DNA of 45,228 bases from contig MEQL01000019.1 of assembly GCA_001770205.1 (NCBI GenBank), positions 1 to 45,228 of the forward strand, in the 5' to 3' direction. Made by a program: the position numbers and the translations under genes. The notes beneath the pieces are model-generated. The model did not search any database. It saw only the letters and a program-made list of their open reading frames with translations, and had not been told where the DNA came from. This document shows positions 39,516 to 45,228 of this stretch, piece after piece. The stretch's first letter is position 1, and every line of letters starts with the position of its first letter. This stretch comes from Bdellovibrionales bacterium RIFOXYD12_FULL_39_22. Its GTDB lineage: Bacteria > Bdellovibrionota > Bacteriovoracia > Bacteriovoracales > Bacteriovoracaceae.

Positions 39516-40220
39516 ATGAGAAAATGCTATTTTGCGCCGGAGGGTGTTTATGTCGACATTCTCGATCACATTGCGCAGTGGCGAATTTTAGATTGTAAAA
39601 CGCTGTTTGAAATGTTGGGGAACGAACTCAGTTACAACAACTTTCTAAAAAAACTTAGAAAGCTGGAGACGGCCAATCTCATCAAGAGCACGTTTGTTGG
39701 CAACCAAACTAAGCACATCTTTCTTACCAACAAGGGAGTCAAGTGGTCGGGATTGGAGGTCGGCCATGAGCTAACCGACGCACACGTTATGCACGATTTA
39801 ACGATGGGAGTGGTGCTTAGAGCGATGATCGCCACCGGAAAATTTACGGACAGCACTATTTTCTATGAGGGATATTCCAAACACTACAACCCCGACGCCA
39901 AGATATTTTGGTTGCCTGATAAGTCGCCTGTTGAGATGGACATTGAGATTGAACTGACGCAAAAAAGTAAGTCGCGCATTAGCTGGAAATTTAGAAGTTG
40001 TGAGGAAAGTCGGTCGTCTAAATACTGCATCTACTTCACCAACAAGCGGGGACTATATGAAACATATTGTGAAGTTTTGCAGGAATCACCAGAGAAGGTG
40101 CAGGAAAAAATTGTGATAGTGTACGATGAAACGTTGTCGACTACAGCATGCGATTTGAACAAGGCCGTAAGTTTTTATAAGCAAAAAGAAAAATCATTCA
40201 GCGATTTATTTAAGATTTAA
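39516..40220 (+). CDS. Replication-relaxation-like protein (winged HTH plus PD-(D/E)xK-type domain)
   Basis: KKLRKLETANLI...IFLTNKG (wHTH); HDL; PDA...IEIELTQKSKSRI..K. Confidence 0.65.
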   Translation: MRKCYFAPEGVYVDILDHIAQWRILDCKTLFEMLGNELSYNNFLKKLRKLETANLIKSTFVGNQTKHIFLTNKGVKWSGLEVGHELTDAHVMHDLTMGVVLRAMIATGKFTDSTIFYEGYSKHYNPDAKIFWLPDKSPVEMDIEIELTQKSKSRISWKFRSCEESRSSKYCIYFTNKRGLYETYCEVLQESPEKVQEKIVIVYDETLSTTACDLNKAVSFYKQKEKSFSDLFKI

Positions 40221-40271
40221 ATAACGTTCCAATGTGTGTCCACTCTTTGGCCACTCTTGGATTCTATTAAT

Positions 40272-40414
40272 TTCCCCCGTCCAATTTTCACCAATTATTT
40301 TCGGCAATTAAGGAATCGCAATTCTTGACCATCCCCCTCCCACCAAGTTGGATGGGTATGGTCAAGAAGTTGCTTACCTATTGCCAGGTTTTGTTGGTGA
40401 TTAGGGCCGGGGAA
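40272..40414 (+). other. Long interrupted hairpin, copy 2, between the Replic_Relax-like gene and the Xis-like gene
   Basis: ttcccc/ggggaa, tcaccaat/gttggtga, ggcaat/attgcc, gcaattcttgaccat/atggtcaagaagttgc. Confidence 0.75.
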
Positions 40415-40447
40415 GAGAGGAAGAAATTCCAAAGGAGAAATTGATTT

Positions 40448-40822
40448 ATGTTAGGTGTGATTAATAATTTAGAAAGTGATGAGTTAGATTTAGATGGGGT
40501 GATGGGAAATATTACTGAGGAGCATCAGAAAAAATATTCATTGGGAGATGAGATGATTTCAAGAGAGGAGATGTTTTATTCAAATTTGTTACGGGAGATT
40601 TTAGATCAAGAGGAGCGAGATAAATTTGTGCCCTCATCGCTTTTAACTTTCGATAAGACGATGAGATTATTGCGACTTGATCCGCATTTTCACAATGACA
40701 GACAAAAATTATATCGCCTCTGCTTCCACCGAAAACTTGAGTACATCAAACGCGGCAAGCAGTCCTTCTTCACTAAGTCAGCGATTGAACAGTATCTAAA
40801 AGATCAAACCGTCAGACGATAA
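40448..40822 (+). CDS. Excisionase-like HTH protein
   Basis: LLTFDKTMRLL...QKLYRLCFHRKLEYIKRGKQSFFTKSAIEQYL resembles HTH_17; AAGGAG RBS; upstream of the integrase. Confidence 0.65.
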   Translation: MLGVINNLESDELDLDGVMGNITEEHQKKYSLGDEMISREEMFYSNLLREILDQEERDKFVPSSLLTFDKTMRLLRLDPHFHNDRQKLYRLCFHRKLEYIKRGKQSFFTKSAIEQYLKDQTVRR

Positions 40823-40948
40823 AAAAGTAACAGTCAGTTGAGGTTAATTGCTTCTTGTGGTAATAGTTTTACTATTGCTCTTTTACATTCAAATATTGGG
40901 AGACAGATAGACGAGAAGCAAAGAACCTCACTACTATTGGAGGATTCT

Positions 40949-42074
40949 ATGCAAAAAATTAAAAGAAGAACTGGAGTTATATTTCGGGAAGAGATTGTTA
41001 TTGATGGTGTCAGGTACACTCGCTGTGCTAATCGCAAAGAGGATTTGAAGCGCTGGAAGCGCAAACTATTAACGGAGAGAGATACCCACAATGTATTGGG
41101 CATAGTTGTTAATCGGCAAATGCTTTTTTCAGATTTTGCTCAGACATATATCGAAAGAAAGATTCGCAAGAATCTGGCAACGTCGACCATCACCAACTAC
41201 CGACTCTACCTCAAAAATCATCTCCTGTGATCAAGGACACCAAGCTCTTTGATGTTACCAAAGCACAGGCGGAGAAGATCATTGATAAGATGCGCGCGAG
41301 TCATTCCAAGAAAGGATCAATGACGTCATTGGTTTTCTGAAGGCGATTTTAAATGAGGCGGTAAAGAGCGATCTGCTAGTCAAGTCCCCTCTGCACGGAT
41401 TAGATTGCCTGAAGGAAGAAAAAAGTAGCGTCAACTATTGGGCCGAATCGGAGATTAATACATTCTTGGAGCGCAATGCACAGGATAGAAATTTTCTGCT
41501 CTATCTTTTGGCCATCAACACGGGGATGCGACGAGGTGAGCTTTGTGGACTAAAATGGGCGCAGGTGAATTTTCACACAGGACTCATTGAAGTAATTGGC
41601 AACCTTACTCGCTTTGGATTGGGTGCCACCAAAACAAACTTAATTCGCTACATTCCGATGAATTTACGGGTGCGACAGTATCTGCTGCTGGCCTTGAAGT
41701 CCCGTAAATCAGAGTTTGTCCTGAGCGGTGAGGATAATCGGCCTTATGACACCAACCACGTTTACAGAAACTTTGCTGATGCCTGTAAGCGAGCTGGCGT
41801 CCGCCAAATCCGCTTTCACGATCTGCGACATACTTTTGCCAGCCAGTTCATGATGAAGGGGGGAAACATCTACGATCTGCAAAATATTCTAGGCCACACG
41901 TCGCTAAATATGACTCAGCGGTATGCGCATTTGAGTCCGGCCTACCTGGCCGGGAAAACGGAGATATTAAACTTCGGAGGAGCGCCTGAAAGTGCAACCG
42001 AAAGTGAGAGTCCCACATATTCCCCACACGGCCAGTTTTCTAAGGTAAATCTTACTTTGGAAAAAGTGATCTAA
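40949..42074 (+). pseudogene. Tyrosine integrase with two frameshifts (near 41226 and 41314)
   Basis: GGAGGA RBS at ATG 40949; frames join as ..KNHLL/PVIKDTKL..SKKG/INDVIGFLKAILNEAV..; catalytic TGMRRGEL, TKT, FHDLRH, LGH, RYAH all present. Confidence 0.88.
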
Positions 42075-42092
42075 GTATTGGATTCCAAAAAC

Positions 42093-42119
42093 AAAAAAGG
42101 GAACCTTTCGGTTCCCTTT
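42093..42119 (-). terminator. Rho-independent terminator downstream of the tRNA-Leu fragment (possibly bidirectional)
   Basis: Minus strand aaagggaacc-gaaa-ggttccc-tttttt. Confidence 0.8.
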
Positions 42120-42127
42120 AATTTATT

Positions 42128-42146
42128 TGGTGCCCAGGAGAGGAGT
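42128..42146 (-). repeat. 3' fragment of a tRNA (probably Leu), att-like
   Basis: Minus strand ACTCCTCTCCTGGGCACCA (T-arm 3' side, acceptor stem, CCA); no tRNA body upstream. Confidence 0.7.
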
Positions 42147-42373
42147 GCCAAGGCCATGATTTCATAGACAAGCATGGTTCAAAATAGTTAGCAATAAAAC
42201 AACGTAGGCAACTAGAATCAAAGAATTTTTTATTAATTATCGAGTAAGCATTTATCGTTTGCAATATTTAATTGTTCACAATTTTCGTCTAAGTTGAACC
42301 ACTAATGAACCACGGCCACTGCAAAAACCAACAAGAGATACGGACTTTTGTGGTCTGGGCACCATTACCATGA

Positions 42374-42402
42374 TTGACAAATTTGTCAAGTTGTGCAATA
42401 AT
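42374..42402 (+). promoter_or_regulatory. Promoter/operator for TA operon 2
   Basis: Perfect palindrome ttgacaaatttgtcaa (42374-42389) containing TTGACA; N17; AATAAT (42397-42402). Confidence 0.7.
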
Positions 42403-42408
42403 AGACAA

Positions 42409-42711
42409 ATGCAGGAGAGAACAGAGTATCCTCTGAAATTAACAATTAACGGAAGATCAGTTTCTCGAGTCATTATCGATCAGCATTACAGGATTGCTCA
42501 TTCAGATATCGATGATGCACTAATTCTCAAGCTGGTGATGGAGCTAAATCTTGGCAACTATCCTATTGAGAACGAGAAAGACGGTTTTGAATATTTTGTC
42601 GTAGAACCCGTTATCCACGACGATAAACCATATCGGCTAGTACTACTACTTTGCGTACATGACGATTTTCTAGGCGTGGTAAACGCTTTTAGAGTTAGGA
42701 GGCGAAAATGA
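42409..42711 (+). CDS. Putative toxin of a toxin-first TA-like pair
   Basis: Small protein IDQHY...PYRLVLLL...GVVNAFRV; 4-nt overlap with an XRE gene; start chosen from promoter position. Confidence 0.55.
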   Translation: MQERTEYPLKLTINGRSVSRVIIDQHYRIAHSDIDDALILKLVMELNLGNYPIENEKDGFEYFVVEPVIHDDKPYRLVLLLCVHDDFLGVVNAFRVRRRK

Positions 42712-43019
42712 AAAATTTTCCTTCAAAAGAAGAATTAGAAGAAGTCCGCAATAACTTGGACAAAGGTATTGCATCTCGGCCGTTACCAAAAAATGCTTCG
42801 CACATCGATCGCATCAAATACCGCCTTTGCGAGAAATTTGTAATTTACAAAAACAGCAAAAAGTTAACACAACGCGAGCTGGCCAAATTAGTTGATGTCG
42901 ACGAGGCCATTATGAGTAAAATTTTGCACTATCACTTCAGTGAATTTACAACCGACCGACTAATAAAATACCTAGCACAAATCTACGACGAAATAGATTT
43001 CAATGTAAATGTCGCTTAA
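42708..43019 (+). CDS. XRE-family HTH protein, putative antitoxin
   Basis: LTQRELAKLVDVDEAIMSKILHYHFSEFTTDRLIKYL. Confidence 0.8.
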   Translation: MKNFPSKEELEEVRNNLDKGIASRPLPKNASHIDRIKYRLCEKFVIYKNSKKLTQRELAKLVDVDEAIMSKILHYHFSEFTTDRLIKYLAQIYDEIDFNVNVA

Positions 43020-43028
43020 ACTGTTTGA

Positions 43029-43625
43029 TTGAACATTAGGAACGGGCCTGTGTATCTATACCACTCATTACCACCAAACCTAACGGGTACAACACTTTAT
43101 CCCTTGAATATGATGAAAGGTATTATAGATGATATTTTCCAAGACCAAGCGAAAAAATATGAAGGAAGAGAGCAGCTTATGCAAACAAAAATTCCAAAGC
43201 TTGGTTGCCTTTGGAATGATGTCCTTCACTTCTCCCCAATAAGTTTTGAACAAATGTATAACGCCTTGTACGACTCACTAACAAAATATGCTCCAGAAAA
43301 TCTTAAAATAAAATACCCAATCCATCGAAAATTTCTAAAAATTGACTCCGAACTACTCAATCAAGACAACCTGTGCATATTTTTAAACCAAGTTGAAATC
43401 CCAACCTATAATTTCACCGGTTTTGAAGACCAATTTATTATTTTCCAAAATGAAAAAGAAATTATCCAAATCGATATTTCGCCAACACAAATTGACAAAT
43501 ACAACGAGGCTTTCCAAAAAGGTAGACGGCTATTAATTTATAGCCACTCACCTCACGTGTTCTACAAGGGGTATATTGAGCTTGAAAAATTTGGGATTTG
43601 TAATTTTAGTTATTACAGCACTTAA
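43029..43625 (+). CDS. Hypothetical protein
   Basis: 198-aa ORF with conserved-looking YLYH..P..L.G..LYPLN, KYEGRE, CLWNDVLHFSP; start uncertain. Confidence 0.6.
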   Translation: MNIRNGPVYLYHSLPPNLTGTTLYPLNMMKGIIDDIFQDQAKKYEGREQLMQTKIPKLGCLWNDVLHFSPISFEQMYNALYDSLTKYAPENLKIKYPIHRKFLKIDSELLNQDNLCIFLNQVEIPTYNFTGFEDQFIIFQNEKEIIQIDISPTQIDKYNEAFQKGRRLLIYSHSPHVFYKGYIELEKFGICNFSYYST

Positions 43626-43809
43626 CGTCTTAGCGAGAATTAAATCCTTGGCCACCAAACACTTTTTTGACTAACAAATTCAGGAATTCATAAACCTTTA
43701 TATACTCCCTCGAGTATAAATATCAAACCGAGTTCGGTTCAATAACTACAACAGGCCATTGAATAGTTTTCAAATCAGACCGATAATAAAATTGTCAGGA
43801 GGTGGCCAC

Positions 43810-44139
43810 ATGAGAACAGATTTGAATGAACTAAAAAATTTTCTCGAATACGATTTTAACAAGAAAATGGAGTTCAATCCACAATACTACAAGAAGGCAT
43901 TTGCTCGCGATCTTGGAATAAGTGCCACGGCACTAAATGAGTTTCTCGCAGGAAAAAGAGAACTGAGCTATAAAAACATCAACACAGTTTTTCGCTATAT
44001 TAATTCTAGAGTTCACTGCTCTTGGTGCGATCGCCATAAAGATAATACAAAGTTTCTTATCCAAGGCCCGAGAAATCAGTACATCTGTAACATCTGCGTC
44101 GACAAGTGTAACGAAATCGTCCGAGACTACTGTCGCTAA
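43810..44139 (+). CDS. HTH fused to a ClpX-type C4 zinc finger
   Basis: GGAGG RBS; NPQYYKKAFARDLGISATALNEFLAGKRELS plus CSWCDR...LIQGP...ICNICVDKCNEI. Confidence 0.8.
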   Translation: MRTDLNELKNFLEYDFNKKMEFNPQYYKKAFARDLGISATALNEFLAGKRELSYKNINTVFRYINSRVHCSWCDRHKDNTKFLIQGPRNQYICNICVDKCNEIVRDYCR

Positions 44140-44164
44140 TGTCATACGCAACCAACATCAGTAT

Positions 44165-44321
44165 ATAGAATAAATGGGAGCAAGCCAAATCATAGTCCCA
44201 ACGCGTTGAGAAAAATTCCAGAAGCACGAGTTACAAAAAACAGCTCCTCGCCTCAAATAATAATGCATTTCATGATCAATGTACTCACGCCCGTGGGCCC
44301 CACAATTGGCCCGGCGTGATC
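44165..44321. repeat. About 155-bp dispersed repeat, copy B
   Basis: Aligns with 37804-37958 in the same orientation. Confidence 0.85.
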
Positions 44322-44542
44322 TTTTTAACAGTAATTGCTAGCATGATCAGAAATGCTCCAAGAACTAAAACTCTAATTATAATCCAGGAAACTTTTTAAC
44401 CCAGCGTACTAATCAATTGTAGCATAATCATCTCTTTACTGTATCTGGTGCTGGTCATAATGTATAAAGAGCTAGATTAAAGAGTCTGTTGACCAAAGTA
44501 GCAGGCATCCACCAATAATTTAATGCTTATGGAGGAAATAAT

Positions 44543-44974
44543 ATGGAGATACGAGATGATTGGGAGAATATTCAATTTGACGATATTATAGAACTCTACC
44601 GCTTAGTCGGATGGGATAATTATACCGACGAACCAAGTTCACTAAAAAGTGCATTTCTGAATTCAACATATGTGGCAGTTGCCATCCAAGAAAATAAGGT
44701 TTGTGGTGTGGCAAGATCTATTTCAGATGATGTCTCCATTCATTATCTTCAAGATATAATTGTAGCTCCAAACTTTCAACGACAGGGGGTTGGCAGAAAA
44801 TTACTTAATGAAGTGTTGAAAAGATTTGCCCATGTTAGGACGCATTTACTTTTAACTGATGATGAAGAAAAGCAGGTTAATTTTTATAAATCACTAGGCT
44901 ACTCTAATACAAGGGAACTAAAAGAAGTGCCTTTAAACGCCTTTGTTAAAATGAACGGTATTGATTTAAAATAA
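44543..44974 (+). CDS. GNAT-family N-acetyltransferase
   Basis: GVARSISD...YLQDIIVAPNFQRQGVGRKL...FYKSLGY; GGAGG RBS. Confidence 0.92.
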   Translation: MEIRDDWENIQFDDIIELYRLVGWDNYTDEPSSLKSAFLNSTYVAVAIQENKVCGVARSISDDVSIHYLQDIIVAPNFQRQGVGRKLLNEVLKRFAHVRTHLLLTDDEEKQVNFYKSLGYSNTRELKEVPLNAFVKMNGIDLK

Positions 44975-45228
44975 CTAGGAATTGAATATATGCTGTTGCA
45001 GTCTATTCGGGATAATATAGTCGGTATATCCGCCACAAAATTAGCAAATGACTCAATATCTGTATTTGGCCCAGAGTTGAACGGTGTTCAAGCAATTCTT
45101 TTAGGCGAACCAGATCATGGATCTGGGGCAGCATTTGCGGCCAAGGTACAATCTTAGCTTAACCCACATCTTTTGCTGATTTTTTTTTGACGCAGGGCCG
45201 TAGACGCGGGGCCCCAATGACAGACTCA

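Larger units (their letters stand above)
39156..42146 (+). mobile_element. Small integrative element (Replic_Relax-like gene, hairpin, Xis-like HTH, tyrosine integrase); left boundary uncertain
   Basis: Co-oriented module ending next to a tRNA-Leu 3' fragment. Confidence 0.65.

Noticed and set aside
39184..39519. 111-aa ORF
   Set aside because: Runs over the direct-repeat region; no recognisable motifs or RBS
44340..44520. Possible alpha/beta-hydrolase remnant (…SGAGHNV…)
   Set aside because: Several stops and only one short motif; too weak to call
1..45228. CRISPR array, rRNA, reverse transcriptase or retron
   Set aside because: No regularly spaced repeat-spacer series, no rRNA-like sequence, and no RT or cas motifs recognised in the ORF track

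Overview
AT-rich bacterial window. Gene content (TIGR02147-like regulator, PrkA, divergent Tol and FtsEX loci) suggests Bdellovibrionota/Bacteriovoracia, which is inference only. It has three parts. (1) 1-4.3 kb: a decaying island at the 3' end of tRNA-His. Its type IV AbiE toxin gene is cut in two by an apparent 1.97-kb inversion bounded by 10-bp inverted repeats (TAGCAAGACT). A 60-bp tRNA-His att duplicate inside the segment is inverted relative to the tRNA, which independently supports the inversion. (2) 4.5-35 kb: mostly intact core genes: RluA-family synthase, PrkA, sppA, lapB, tolQRAB, a degenerate GAF-bEBP, FtsE/FtsX/EnvC-like genes, ctpA, an MCP, xseA, a histidine kinase, lipoproteins and TIGR02147. 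(3) 35-45 kb: an accessory region with an IS66 relic, two toxin-first TA pairs and GGGCC/GGCCC hairpin repeats. It also holds a small integrative element (Replic_Relax-like gene, long hairpin, Xis-like HTH, frameshifted tyrosine integrase) next to a tRNA-Leu 3' fragment. The long hairpin occurs in two diverged copies with compensatory base changes and a conserved bulged G, the best candidate for an undescribed structured element. All family calls are from motif recognition by eye, not database searches.
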